Shown piece after piece: positions 1 through 13,284 of a DNA stretch of 64,000 nucleotides (its first letter is position 1; each line of letters opens with the position of its first letter). The position numbers and the translations under genes are program-made. This DNA is from Mobula hypostoma (lineage: Eukaryota). The DNA is taken from the NCBI RefSeq assembly GCF_963921235.1, contig NC_086108.1, positions 106,146,001 through 106,210,000 of the forward strand, written 5' to 3'. The notes beneath the pieces are model-generated. The model ran no database searches and had not been told where the DNA came from. It saw nothing but the letters and a program-made list of their open reading frames with translations.

Positions 1-1810
1 TCTGACACACCCTTTCTATCTCCTGCTGTAATTTGTAATCCACATCCTGGCAACTGTTTTGAGGCCTGTATACAACTGCCATTAGGGTCCTTTTACCCTT
101 ACCATTTCTCAACTCAATCTATAGAGACTCTACACCTTCCAATCCTATGGCATCCCTTTCTAATGATTTAATATTATTTCTTATACACAGGGCCATACCA
201 CCCCTTCTGCCTACTAACCTGTCTTTCTGATACACTGTATATCCTTGGACATTCAGCTCCCAATGGCAGCCATCCTTAAGCTAAGTTTTGGAGATTGCCA
301 CAATGTCATACTTGCCAAACTGTAGCTGAATTTCAAGATCGGCCATTTTATTTCTTATACTGTGTGCATTTAAATATAATACTTTCAGTCTAGTATTCGT
401 TACTTTCTGTTTTAACTACACCATACCTCTATTGCCCTGTAACTCATCTCTCTTGCTGTGACTATGCCTCATCTTCTGCCTGTTCTTTCCATAATCTCTG
501 TTGCACGCTATCTTTTACTTATTTCCATTTTCTCCTTCCTCAGCCCTATTTCCCATCCACCTGTGAAATTACTTTAAAGACTCCCTATCAGCTCTATTAA
601 ACCTGCCTGCTAGGATATTGGACCCCTTTGGGTTCAGGTGTAACCTATCCTTTTTGTACAGGTCGTACCTCCCCCCGAAGAGGCCCCAGTGATGCAGGAA
701 TCTGAAACCCAGCCCCCTATACCGGTCTCTTAGCCACACATTAATATGCCTGATCATGTTATTCTTGTGCTCGTTAGCATGTAGCACAGGCAGCGGTCCT
801 GAGATTACTACTCTGGAAGTCAAGCTTTTCAACTTCGTACCTAACTCCCTGAATTCTCTCTTCAGGACCTCCTCCTTTTTTCTACCGATGTGATTGATAT
901 CAAAATGTACCAAGACCTCTGGCCCTTCACCCTCTCCCTTCAGAATACTATGCACCCGATCTGAGGCATCCCATACTCTGGCACTTGGGAGGCAATATAC
1001 TATGTGGGTATCTCTTTCAGGTTGACAGAGCCTCATGTCTATTCCCCTCACTATGGAATCCCCTATGACTACCACATTCCTCATCTTCCTCTTTCCCTCC
1101 TGCACCACAGAACCAGGCTCAGTGCCAGAGACACAATCGCCGTGGATGTCCTCTGTCAGGTCACCCTCCTCAACAGCATCCAAAACGAGATAGCGGTTAC
1201 AGAGGGGGGTGGCCACATGGGTTCTCTCTACTATCTGAACTCTCCCCTTCCCTTCCCTGACTGTCATCCAATAATCTAACTCCTGCAGCTTCGGGGTGAC
1301 TCACTCCCTGTAGCTCCTATCTATCTCCTGCTCACTTTCCCTAATAAGCTGTAGGTCATCAAGCTGCAGCTCCAGATCCCTAACGTGGTCTCTCAGGAGC
1401 TGCATCTCAGTGCACCTGGAGCGGATGTGGCTATCTGGGAGACTGGAAGATTCCCAGGATTCCCACATCTGACACCCAGATCAAAGTACTAACCCTACAG
1501 ATATGCTCCTTATTCCTTCAAAAATGCAAGGAAAAAAATGAAAACACGAGGAATTCTGCAGATGCTGGAAATTCAAGCAACGCACATCAAAGTTGCTGGT
1601 GAACGCAGCAGGCCGGGCAGCATCTCTAGGAAGAGGTACAGTCGACGTTTCAGGCCGAGACCCTTCATCAGGAAAAAATGAAGTCTACTTACCCACTTAC
1701 CTCAGCAAAGCCTGAATGAGCCAAAGCTCTACCGTTCTGACTCAGGCCACTCCGTGGAAGACTGCTCCTTTGATGCCCGCTCCGCTAGGCAGTGTCTCCC
1801 TCTGTGAAAA
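1..1810 (-). mobile_element. CR1-type LINE, 5' part (ORF1 with SGNH esterase domain and start of ORF2 AP endonuclease), degenerate
   Basis: ORF 569..1267 has VVVIGDSIVRG and DRLHLNPKG, typical CR1 ORF1 esterase motifs. The minus strand near 370-280 reads NAHSIRNK...YDIVAIS (APE start) with stops. Confidence 0.85.
1543..1672 (-). mobile_element. Short PLE terminal-repeat insertion carrying a hammerhead core
   Basis: Reverse complement reads CCTGATGAAGGGTCTCGGCCTGAAACGTCGACTGT..., matching the tail of the GIY-YIG fragment at 57875-58490. Flanked by AGGAAAAAA(A)TGAA direct repeats at 1529-1542 and 1670-1682. Confidence 0.8.
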
Positions 1811-2181
1811 GATTTTTTTACATACAAGCAGGTCAGGTTATTGTATTCGTAAGTAGATTGAAGTTATTTTTAGGACATTTTCAGGATTAGGGCATATAAC
1901 AATTAACTTCAGCCGCCAACCTTCAAATCTGAATCTGTATTGTAGATTAAGTTTAAAATACAGCTCTGGACAATGGGTTCCTAGAGCTGTGCAAATGGCA
2001 GTTAATTGAAAAACCAGACAATGTTGATTAACATTAACAATGTTACAAATTAACACTTCTTGGGCTTCCAGGCAGGTACAGCTATCGATTTTAACCAATA
2101 TTTTGATGCCATCTTCATCAGGGATGATGCCTGGGCATACCTAGTCCGGTGGTAGATACAACCCTGCTATCTGTCCCTCCT

Positions 2182-2391
2182 CACAAACAAGAGAATATCT
2201 GCAGATGCTGAAAATCCAAGCAATGTGCGCAAAATGCTGGAAGAACTCTGCAGGCTGGGCAGCATCTATTGAAAAGAGTACAGTTGACAGTTCAGGCCGA
2301 GGACCTTCAGCAGCACTAAAATGTGGACTGTACTCTTTTCAATGGATGTTACTTGGCCTCTTGAGTTCCTCTAGAACTTTGTGTGTGTTGC
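2182..2391. repeat. Inverted pair of PLE terminal repeats with target-site duplication
   Basis: A minus-oriented unit (2183-2313) is followed by a plus-oriented unit (2317-2391). ATCTGTCCCT is duplicated at 2169-2178 and 2392-2401. Confidence 0.75.
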
Positions 2392-2469
2392 ATCTGTCCC
2401 TTCTGATTGGTTAGTCCTCATTCAATCAGGTTCCTGCTGTCCCACAGTGTTTACAATCGAATACCAATT

Positions 2470-5400
2470 AGAAACAAAGAAACATAGAAAACCTACAGCA
2501 CAATACAGGCCGTTCGGCCCACAAAGTTGTGCCGAATAGGTCCCTACCTTAGAAATGACTAGGCTTACCCATAGCCCTCTATTTTTCTAAGCTCCATGTA
2601 CTGATCCAAAAGTCTCTTAAAAGACCCCATTGTATCCACCTCCACCACTGTTGCCAGCAGCCCATTCCACGCACTCACCACTCTCTGAGTAAAAAACTTA
2701 CCCCTGACATCTCCTCTCTACCTACTCCCCAGCACCTTAAACCTGTGTCCTCTTGTGGCAACCATTTCAGCCCTGGGAAAAAGCCTCTGACTATCCACAC
2801 GATCAATGCCTCTCATCGTCTTATACACATCTGTCAGATCACCTCTCATCCTCCATCACTCCAAAGAGAAATGGCTGAGTTCACTCAACCTGTTTTCATA
2901 AGGCATGCTCTCCAATCCAGGCAACATCCATGTAAATCTCCTCTGCACCCTTTCTATGGTTTCCACATCCTTCCAATAGTGAGGTGACCAGAACTGAGCA
3001 CAGTACTCCAAATGGGGTCTCACCATGAGTCCTATATAGCTGCAACATTACCTCTCAGCTCCTAAATTCAATTCCACAATTAATGAAGGCCAATACACCG
3101 TTGGCCTTCTTAACGACAGAGTCAACCTGCGCAACTGCTTTGAACGTCCTGTGGACTTCGACCTCAAGATCCCTCTGATCCTCCACACTGCCAAGATTCT
3201 TACCATTAGTACTATATATTTGACCTACCAAAATGAACCACTTCACAGTTAACTGGATTGAACCCCATCTGCCACTTCTCAGCCCAGTTTTGCATCCTAT
3301 CAATGTCCCGCTGTAACTTCTGACAGCCCTCCACACTATCCACAACACCCCCAACCATTATGTCATCAGCAAACTTACTAACCCATCCCTCCACTTCCTT
3401 ATCCAGATCACTTATAAAAATCACAAGACTAGAGGTCCCAGAGCAGATCCCTCAGGCACATCACTTGTCTCCGACCTCCATGCAGAATACAACCCATCTA
3501 CAACCACTCTTTGCCCTCATTGGGCAAGCCATTTCTGGATTCACAAAGCAATGTCCCCTTGGATCCCATGCCTCCCTACTTTCTCAATAAGCCTTGCAAG
3601 GGGTACCTTATCAAATGCCTTGCTGAAATCCATATACACTACATCTACTGCTCTTCCTTCATCAATGTGTTTAGTCACATCCTCAAAAAATTCAAAGCCT
3701 TGCTGACTATTCCTAATCATATTATACCTCTCCAAATGTTCATAAATTCTGCCTCTCAGGATCTTCTCCATCAACTTACCAACCACTGAGGTAAGACTCA
3801 CTGGTCTATAATTTCCTGGGCTATCTCTACTCCCTTTCTTGAATAAAGTAACAGCATCCGCAACCCTCCAATCCTCCAGAACCTCTCCTGTCTCCATTGA
3901 TGATTCAAAGATAATCGCCAGAGGCTCAGCAATCTCCTCCCTCACCTCCCACAGTAGCCTGGGGTACATCTCATCTGATCCCGGCGACTGATCAAACTTG
4001 ATGCTTTCCAAAAGCTCTAGCACATCCTCTTTCTTAATATCTACATGCTCAAGCTTTTCAGTCTGCTGCAAGTCAGCACTACAATCACCAAGATCCTTTT
4101 TCATAGTGAATACTGAAGCAAAATATTCATTAAGTACCTCTGCTATTTCCTTCGGTTCCATACACACTTTCCCACCGTTACACTTGATTGGTCCTATTCT
4201 TTCATGTCTTATCCTTGTGCTCTTCACATACTTGTAGAATGCCTTGAGGTTTTCCTTAATCCTGCCCGCCAAGGCCTCCTCATGGCCCCTTCTGGCTTTC
4301 CTAATTTCCTTTTTAAGCTCCTTCCTCTTAGCCTTATAATCTTCTAGATCTCTAACATTACCTAGCTCTCTGTACCTTTTGTAAGCTTTTCTTTTCCTCT
4401 TCATCAGATTTATTACAGCCTTTGTACACCACAGTTCCTGTACCCTACCATAACTTCCCTGTCTCATTGGAACGTACCTATACAGAACGCCACACAAATA
4501 TCCCCTGAACATTTACCACATTTCTTCCGTACTTTTCCCTGAGAACATCTGTTCCGAATTTAAACTTCCAATTTCCTGCCTGATAGCCTCATAATTCTCC
4601 TTACTCCAGTTAAATACTTTTCTAACTTGTCTGTCTTATCTCTCTCCAATGCTATTGTAAAGGAGATAGAATTATGATCACTATCTCCAAAATGCTCTCC
4701 CACTGAGAGATCTGACACCTGACCAGGTTCATTTCTCAATACCCAATCAGGTATAACCTCTCCTCTTGTAGGCTTATCTGCATATTGTCTCAAGAAATCT
4801 TCCTGAATACACCTAACAAACTCCACCTCATCTAAACCCCTTGCGCTGGGGAGATGCCAATCAATATTAGGGAAATTAAAATCTCCCATCACAACAACTC
4901 TGTTATTATTACACCTTTCCTGGATCTGTTTCCCTATCTGCTCCTCGATATCCCTGTTACTATTGGGCAGCCTATAAAAAACACCCAGTAAAGTTATTGA
5001 CCCCTTCCTGTTCCTAACCTCCACCCACAGAGACTCTGTAGACAATCCCTCCATTACATCCACCTTTTCTGCAGCCGTGACACTATCTCTGATCAACAGT
5101 GCCATGCCCCCACCTCTTTTGCCTCCCTCCCTGTCCTTTCTGAAACATCTAAAACCCAGCATTTGAAGTAACCATTCCTGTCCCTGAGCCATCCAAGTCT
5201 CTGTAATGGCCACTACATCATAACTCCAAGTACTGATCCACACTCTAAGCTCATCTACTTTGTTCACAGTACTCCTTGCATTACAGTAGACACATCTCAA
5301 ACCATCCGTCTGAGCGCATCCTTTCTCTATCACCTGCCTCCCCCACACACTGTCTCCGAGCTTTCTCCATTTGTGAGCCAACCGCCTCTTCCTCAGTCTC
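2470..5400 (-). mobile_element. CR1 LINE ORF2 (APE + RT) with 3' UTR, frameshifted
   Basis: ORFs 4560..5381 (CNARS, AITETW, MGDFN, DSDH), 3541..4512 (PGNYRPVSLTS, DFSKAFDKV) and 3212..3424 (KFADD). TTCTATGT-like tail at 2470-2490. Confidence 0.93.
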
Positions 5401-6869
5401 TTCAGTTCTTAGTTAGAGCGAGACCTTTGTCTTTGTTAAAGTTCTTTTCCTCCCATTTTATTTCCATGGCTTCCTTCACCATGTAGCCCCTAAAGCTATT
5501 GATGCAGCACAATAGTTTTGTGCCGTCGAAGTCAATCCTATGTCCATTGTGAATGCAAAGTTCTGCAACTGCCAGTTTCTCTGGGTAACCCAAATGGATA
5601 CACTTCCTGTGCATCTTGATGTGGGTGTCCACTATGCATTTTATGGATTGGCACATAGAGCAAATTACTTCAGCAACAATCTTCATTTCTGAATATGGAC
5701 TGCAGATTAATTTTAAAATACAGCTCTGGACATTGGGTTCCAGGAACTGTGAAAACAGCAGTCAGTTGAAAAACCAGACAATGTTGTCTGGAGTGTGGGG
5801 GTGAAGAAGGAGGTGTGAAAGTTATATGCAATTCAAAGGAAGCATTGTAAATATAGAATTGTCCTATTGTAAATATAGAATTGTCCTTTGGTATTTATCA
5901 TATAAAATGTCATGTAATGTTGGGTCAATCAGACCTCTTCTTCCAAAAGGGTCTCAATATGATGCCGGCTGTGTTTCATTTTAATGAATAAAAGTCTGCT
6001 CCATATCTACCACCTATATCTTTGTTCATGCGCCAACAGTTATATAAAGAAAATACAGATGCAGAATATCATGTTGTAATTACAGGGAAAGTGAAGTGCA
6101 GGAAGACAAGTAGAGTGCATGGAGCATGATGAGGTAGATGTTTTGGATTAGACATCTTAATTCTTATTTTCTTTGCATCTTAACTTTATCCCTGCTTTGT
6201 ATTTTAAATAACTGCCTGTATACATCTAACTCTTTAATATGTTTCCAGGTGGTCACAGTATGCATATGCAGTTGTTCAGTGTGTTCTCTAGTGTTTATAG
6301 GTCGGTATACTTCTGGGAAGCTCTCTGGTATCACGTTATTTGAATAAGGGTTGTCTGATGGGTTAACTCTTATCTACAAATTTGAACAGAACTTGTCTTA
6401 TCTATGAAGTATAAGAAGGACAGAACACATTGCCCTACCATCTTTAGTCATTTCTGTTCTCTGTTCACAGCTACTAGACTTTTGCAACTCTGTGTTTCCA
6501 ATTCTCTTTGTTCGCTTAGCACTTAATAAAATAATCATGAAGCAACAAGGTTTATGCCTCTTTCTTTGGATCCAAATCAGGATCCAACGGATGGGAGATT
6601 AAGAATTCATTGTTAGTGTATCAGTGGACAGTTCATCCATCTGATAGAAGCTGTCCTTGATCCTGGTGGTAGATTTTGCTCAATAGTAGAGGTATAATCA
6701 TTGGAACTAAGATGAGTACAATAGAACATAACATAGAACAGTACAGTTCAGGCACTTTGATCATCAATGTAGTGCTGACCTTTTAACCTACTCCAAGTTG
6801 AATCTAACATTTCACTCTTGCATTGCCCTCTACTTTCCTTTTGTACATGTGCCTGTCCAAGAGACTCTT

Positions 6870-7979
6870 TGTCACAATGAGGGCATTGGAAGCAGACCCA
6901 AATGTGAGACACAGACACTGAAGTACAAGGAACAGGATTTGACTAAAGTAGGGACATGACAGGATACAGACAAGGAGCAGGGACAAGAACACAGACTTAG
7001 GCTAGGGCATGGACAAGACAGGGAACCCGGACAAGGAACTATGCACTAGGAGCCTGGGCTTGGGCTCCGAGCCAGAGACTGGACAAGGACCCAGAACCTG
7101 GGTCTTGCTTTGGGCTCAGGCCCTAGAACCAGGCAAGGACATGACATGACTATGGGACAGGACGTGGCTGGGGTCTAGAGGCTTGGGGCTGCAGGCTGGG
7201 TTCTTAGTCTTGAGGCTTGGAGGCTGGCGTCTTGGTCTTGAGGCTTAGAGGCTGGGGTCTTGGTCTTGAGGCTTGGGTTCTTGGAGCTTGGCTTGGGATC
7301 ATCGAGGCTTGTGTTCTTGGAGCTTGGCTTGGGGTCTTTGAGGCTTGTGTTCTTGGAGCTTGGCTTGGGGTCTTTGAGGCTTGGGTTCTTGGAGGAACTC
7401 CTGGGCAGGACACGGAACTCCCAGGCAGGATGCGGAAATTCACTCCACGGAGGCAAGGACAGGGAGGGACAAACCCAACCGCAGGGTAACGGCAAACAGC
7501 CTGCTTACTGTACGGAGGCAAGGGACAGGAAGGGACAGAACCAACCACAGGGTGACAGCAATTATGGCATGGCTTACCCAACAGAGGCAAGGACAGGAAA
7601 GGAGCTCAATCTGGGGTGGCTCTGAGTCTCAGGGCGGCCAGCAACCTTGGCTGGCTACAGAAACAACCGAATCCATACCACGATGACTACTCCGACGAGT
7701 GGCAACAAGGCTTCATGAAGTGGTGGCCCTCCAACCAGGCCTAGAGATCACAAATGGTTTCACTCGCCCTCCATCAGCAAGTTGCTCCGAGGGGGACTGA
7801 CGAGACAAACCAGCAGCCCACACTCAACCCCAAGGCTACTTATATTCCAAGCCCCAAGATGGGAATCAGGTGCCTATGATTAACTCAATCAAACGAGGGA
7901 CAGGCGGAAGATCTGGAGTCCTGAGTCCATGGATCGGAACGTAAACCAGAATACGGACTTCACGGACCGGACCATGACA
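6870..7979 (-). mobile_element. Solo LTR (Gypsy-like) inserted in an old CR1 tail
   Basis: TGTCA...TGACA termini and a perfect 5-bp TSD CTCTT (6865-6869, 7980-7984). TATA-like ATATAAG on the minus strand near 7840. Confidence 0.85.
7268..7394. repeat. 36-bp minisatellite (about 3.5 copies) inside the LTR
   Basis: Unit GAGGCTTGTGTTCTTGGAGCTTGGCTTGGGGTCTTT. It explains the repetitive ORFs in several frames. Confidence 0.9.
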
Positions 7980-8384
7980 CTCTTAAGTTTCCAAAATGTA
8001 TGTATCTGTCTCTGCCACCAGGCCTATGCACCCATCTCTCACTGTGTAAAAAAATCAACCTCTGACGTTTCCCCTATACTGTTCTCCAATCTCCTTAAAA
8101 TTACGATGAAGGGTCTCAGCACAAATCATTGACTTTCATTCCTTTCCATGGATGCTGCCTGATCTGCTGAGTTCCTCCAGCATTTTGTGTGTGTTACTCT
8201 TGATTTCCAGCATCTGTAGAATCTCTTGGGCTTACCTTAAAATTATGCCATCTGGTGTTCACCATTTCTGCAAAGGAAAAAGTCACTTTTTCTATTATTT
8301 TTTCATTTTTTTTCATTTGATCTATGCCTCTTATCATCTTGTACACCTCTATAAAGTCATCTCTTATTTTCTATATGTCTTAAG

Positions 8385-9378
8385 AATCAAATGGGAGCGA
8401 TGGGAGAGAGTTGGTTCTTTGACTTTCTCATGTCCTGCAAGGATTGGACCAGCCTCCACATCCAGCACATAATGCTCTGAAGCTGCAGCCACCTCCAATG
8501 GTATTGCACCACCAAGTACGTCTTTCCCTCTGCTCCACGTTCTGCTTTGCATTGGGGTCGCTCCCTATGCGATTCCCACAAGGTCCCTCCCCACTGATCT
8601 CCCTCCTGGCACTTACTCTTGCAAACAGAAAAGTGCTACACCAGCCCCTGCACCTCCTCCCTGATGACCATTCAGGGTGCTAAACAGTCCTTCCAGGTAA
8701 GGTGACACTTCACATGTGAGTCTGTTGGGGTCATATACTGTTTTCTTTGCTTCCAGTGTGACCTATTGTATATTGGCGAGACCCGACATAGATTGGGAGA
8801 ACGCTTCACCTAGCATCTAAACTCCATCTGCCAGAACAAGCGGGATCTCCCAGTTGCCACCTGTTTTAATTTCACCTTGCATTCCAATTCCGAAATGTCC
8901 ATCCATGACTTCCTCCACCGTCGTGATGAGACCACACTTAGATAGGAGGCATAACACCTTATATTCCATTTAGGTAGCCTCCAACCTGATGGCATGAACA
9001 TCAAATTCTCAAACTTCCAGTAATGTTCCCCCCCCCCTTCACTATTCGCCATACTCCCTCCATCCCCTTTTCCCTCTTTCACCTTATCTCCTTGTCTGCC
9101 CATCGCCTCCCTCTGGTGCTCCTCCCCCCTTTTTTCTTTCTTTTATTGTCTTCCGTCCTTTTACCAATTAATTTCCCAGCTCTTTACCTCATCCCTCTCC
9201 CTCGTTTCACCTATCGCCTGGTGTTTCTCCCTCCCCTCCCCCGAGCTTTCAGATCTACTCCTCAGCTTTCTTCCTCCCACCCTGCCGAAAGGGTCTTGGC
9301 CTGAAACGTCGACTGTACTTTTTTTTCCACAGGTGCTGCCTGGTTTGTTGGGTTCTTCCAGCATTTTGTGTGTGTTCC
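8385..9378 (+). mobile_element. PLE (Neptune-like) GIY-YIG 3' region and terminal repeat
   Basis: Degenerate translation FTCESVGVIYC...YIGET...PVATCFN...LGSLQPDGMNI, then a pyrimidine-rich UTR and a decayed hammerhead at 9282-9315. Confidence 0.85.
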
Positions 9379-9524
9379 TGAAGAATCAGAATTAGGATTA
9401 TTATCACTGACATACAGTATACCATGAAATCTGTTGTTTTGCGGCAGTAGTACAGCGTGATACATAAAATATTATTTTACGTTACAATAAGAAATATTTA
9501 GAAATAAATAGATAGTGCAGAAGG

Positions 9525-12500
9525 TTCAATATTCAAAAGTTCAAAGTAAAATTTATCATCAGAGTACATATGTGTAATCACATTCAACCCTGGGATTATT
9601 TTTCCTGTGGGCATACTTAGCAAATCTAGAGAAATGTGACTGTAAACAGGATCAATGAACAACAAACTATGCAAATGCTAATATAAACAAATAGCAATAA
9701 GAAACAAGAATATGATATAACAAGATAGAGTCCTTAAAGTGAGACAATCGGTTTGGGAACATCAGAAAGAGAATGAGTGTAGTTATTCCCTTTTGTTCAA
9801 CAGCTTGATGTTGAGGGGTAGTAACTGTTCTTGAACCTGGTGGTGTGAGTCCTGAGGCTCTTGTACCCTCTACCTGATGGCAGCTTTGAGAAAAGAGCAT
9901 GGCCTGCGTGGTGAGGATCTTTGATAGTGGATGCTACTTTTCTACAGCAACATTTCATGTAGATGTGCTCAGTGATTAAGAGGGCTTTAATCATGATCTG
10001 CTGGGCTGAATCCACTATCTTTTGTCAGATTTTCCACTCAAAGTTATTGGTGCTCCCATAGCAGGCTATAATGCAGCCAGTCAGTACACTTTCCTTCTCA
10101 CACCTATAGAAAGTTTGCCAAAGTTTTCGATGACATGCCAAATCTCTGCAGATTCCCAAGGAAGTAGAGGTGCTGTCTTGCCTTCTTTGCAATTATATCT
10201 ATATGATGGGTCCAGGACAGGTCCTCTGAAATAGTGACACCCAGGAATTCAAAGTTACTGACCTTGTCTACCTCTGATTCTCTGAAGATAACTGGCTCAC
10301 GGATCTCTGGTTTTCCTCTCCTGAAGTCTACAATCAGTTCTTTGTTCTCATTGACATTGAGTGAGAGGTTGTTGTTATTACACCACTCACTCACTCACTC
10401 AAATTTTCAATATCCCTCCTGTATGCAAGTTCATCACGCTCTTTGATACAGCCCACAACAATGGCGTCATCAGCAAACTTGTATATGGTGTTGGGGCTAT
10501 ACTTAGCCACATGGACATAGGTGTAAAGCGAATTGAGCAGGGGGCTACGTACACACCTGTGTGGTGCTCCTGTGCTGGTGGAGATTGTGGAGGAGATATT
10601 TTTGCCAATCTGAACAGACCAGAGGCTACAAGTAAGGAAAACCAGGATCTATTTGCTGAAGACAATATTGACGCCCAGATCTTGGAGTTTACTGATTTGT
10701 TTTGTGGGGATGATGGTGTTAAATGCTGAGCTGTAACTGATAAAGAGAATCTTCGCTGTCCAGATGTTCCAGGGTAGTGTGAAGAGCCAATGAGATGGCA
10801 TCTGCTGTAGGCCTGTTGTTTCAGTAGGCAAATTGGAGCGGATCCAAGTCACCACTCAGACAGGAGCTGATATGTTTCAACACCAGCCTCTCAAAACGCT
10901 TCATCACTGTGGATGCAAGTGCCACTGGGTTATAGTCATTTAGACAGTTTAGCACACTCTTCTTGGGTGCCAGTGCAATTGAAACCTGCTTGAAGCAGGT
11001 GGATTTAACACATTGCTGGAGCAAGAGGATGAAGAAATCCGTGAATACGCCAGCCAGTTGGTCAGCACAGGTCTTCAGTACTCAGCCAGGAACTGTGTCC
11101 AGACTGGATGCTTTCCTTGGATTCACTCTATTGACGGCAGTCTTCACGTCATTTTTCGGATACTGAGACCGAAGATCTTTGGGAGACATGGGGATTCAGA
11201 ATACTTCCTCCTTGGTCTGGTGGTCAAAGTGAGCATAGAAGGCATTGAGCTCATCTGGAAGCGAAACGCTGCTGTCCCCTCTGCTGCAAGATTTAACTTT
11301 GTAGGAGGTTATGACATTCAAATCCTGCCACAGCTGTTGGGATTCCCCATTGATTCCAGTCTAGTCCGGAATCGCTACTTCACCTTTCCAGAGGTCATAC
11401 CTGCACCTTTTGTAGCATTCTTGATCTCCAGACTTAAATGCCTCTGATCCAGCTCTCAGCAGATTCTGGATTTCATTTTTCATCCAGGGCTTCTGATTGG
11501 GGTAGGCTCTGAATGATTTTGTGGGGACACACTCATTAATGGCTGCTTTAATAACGTCTGTAATAATCCTGGTGTAGTCAGATGAGTTCTTGAACATGGC
11601 CCAGTCCACTGACTCAAGGCGATCCTGTAACCGTTCCTCTGCCTCCCGTGACCTCCTCTTAGTTGTCTTGACCTCTGGAGTCTTGCTCTTTAGCCTCTGT
11701 CTGTATGTAGTTTGTAGGACAACAGCCAAATGATCTGATTTGCCAAAATGCAGTCTCCAGAAGGAACGATAGGCATTCCCTATCATAATGTAGCGTGGTC
11801 TAAAGTGTTGGGACCTCTGGTGCAACAGGTTACATGCTAGTAATAATTGGGCAGGGCTTTCTTCAAACAGGCCTGGTTAAAGTCACTGACTATAACCTGA
11901 AGTTCATGCGGATGAGCTGTTTCTTGATCATAGACAACATTGTGCAGTTTTGGGTGGGTTTGGTTATCATCAGCCACAGGTGGGATATAAATTACCATCA
12001 AGATCAAAGGCAAGAACTCTTGTGGCAAACAGAATGCTTTACATTTAATCATTAGGTGTTCTAAGTCAGGGGAACAAGAGGTTGACATAACTCCGAAGTT
12101 CAAACACCAAAGAAAATTGACCAAAAAGCACACACCGCCACTTTTTCCTGACCAGAGTTCGCGGTTCGATCCATTCTGAAAATCTTAAAACCTTCTGGTT
12201 TGATAGCTAGGTCCAGCGTATTCACTGCTAACTACGAATCAATGCAACAAAAAACTGAGATCAGCCTCATCTGCCTCTGATACAACAACCTTGCCCTGAG
12301 ATCATCAGTCTCACTTCCCAGTGACTGCACATTCGCCAACAAGGTGCTGGGTAGAGGACATCCCGTCCCTCTACACTTCAGCCTGGTTTGAATTCCGCCT
12401 CTCCTCACGGCGTTAACCCTTAAAGGCACCGCACTTAACCGTACCGCTGGAGCTCGTGACCTCTGCTCTGCATTCAAATGTCGACCGTAACACCTCATGA

Positions 12501-12645
12501 CAATTGATGCAGGTTTGTAGTCTGTTATTAAGAGGAAGTTTACATGCTGCAGATTGCAGTGGAAGTAATTCAAGAGAAGTATATTTAAGAGGAAACCTGG
12601 AACGATTTTCTGCAATCCGTTGAGAGCCACTGATGTACACATCAC
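9525..12645 (-). mobile_element. Rex1/Babar-like LINE, near full length, degenerate
   Basis: ORF fragments LLANVQSL, FGKSDH, PNQKPW, CLNDYNPVAL, DPLQFAY and WCNNNNLSLNV. 3' tail ATAAATTTTACTTTGAAC on the minus strand at about 9530-9560. Confidence 0.88.
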
Positions 12646-13284
12646 CTTCTAGGAGTTTAAGAGATATTTGGATCAGTACATGGATCAGAGGGGTATGGAG
12701 GGCGATGGTCAGGTGCAAGTCAATGGGACCAGGCAGATTAATAGTTTAGCATGGACTAGATGGGCTGAAGAGCCTGTTTGTGTGCTGCAGTGTTCTATGT
12801 CTCTAAGGAGAGGGAAACCAACTGGCTAGAACCATAACATGGTCTGATACAGAGAAAAAAGATCTTGGAGTTAAAGGTAAGCAGGTTTATATTGATGAAT
12901 CTGCCTATACAGTTTGGCAAGTGCGAGTTTTGAGAAGCAAGCCATTGAACCAAAGTCCAAATTAATTAGGGGGGAGATTGATTAATGCCTTTGTGCACCT
13001 AACATTTTGGTGCAAGTGTGCACTATTTGGAATTCAATGTAATAAGTATGTTCAAATAGTCAGAAAAAGAAGCAAACTGTATTAGACATGAAGATGAAAA
13101 GGGTAATAAATAACGGAGGGAAGAGAGAGATGGCAGATGCTGGTATCTAAAGTAGCAAACATTCTGTTGGAGGGCCAAACAGCATCTGTTCGGTGGGAAG
13201 GGATGTGGAATTTTCGATGTTTCAGGACAAAACCTTGAATCAGAACTAAGCAGGGAGTGAAGGTAGCAATATAAAGAGAAGGTA

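Larger units (their letters stand above)
2045..5640 (-). mobile_element. Penelope/Poseidon-like GIY-YIG 3' fragment, split by a CR1 and by a short PLE repeat
   Basis: ORF 5402..5686 contains THIKMH...AVAELCIHNGHRIDFD...KEAMEIK...NFNKDKG, resembling a GIY-YIG C-terminus. Its presumed 3' UTR resumes at about 2468 and runs down to 2045. Confidence 0.7.

Noticed and set aside
569..1267. Standalone GDSL/SGNH esterase gene
   Set aside because: It is CR1 ORF1, directly upstream of the APE domain.
5844..5887. 22-bp perfect tandem duplication
   Set aside because: Ordinary local duplication with no further structure.
7175..7686. Overlapping repetitive ORFs; possible CRISPR-like array
   Set aside because: Tandem 36-bp minisatellite without unique spacers, inside an LTR in eukaryotic DNA.
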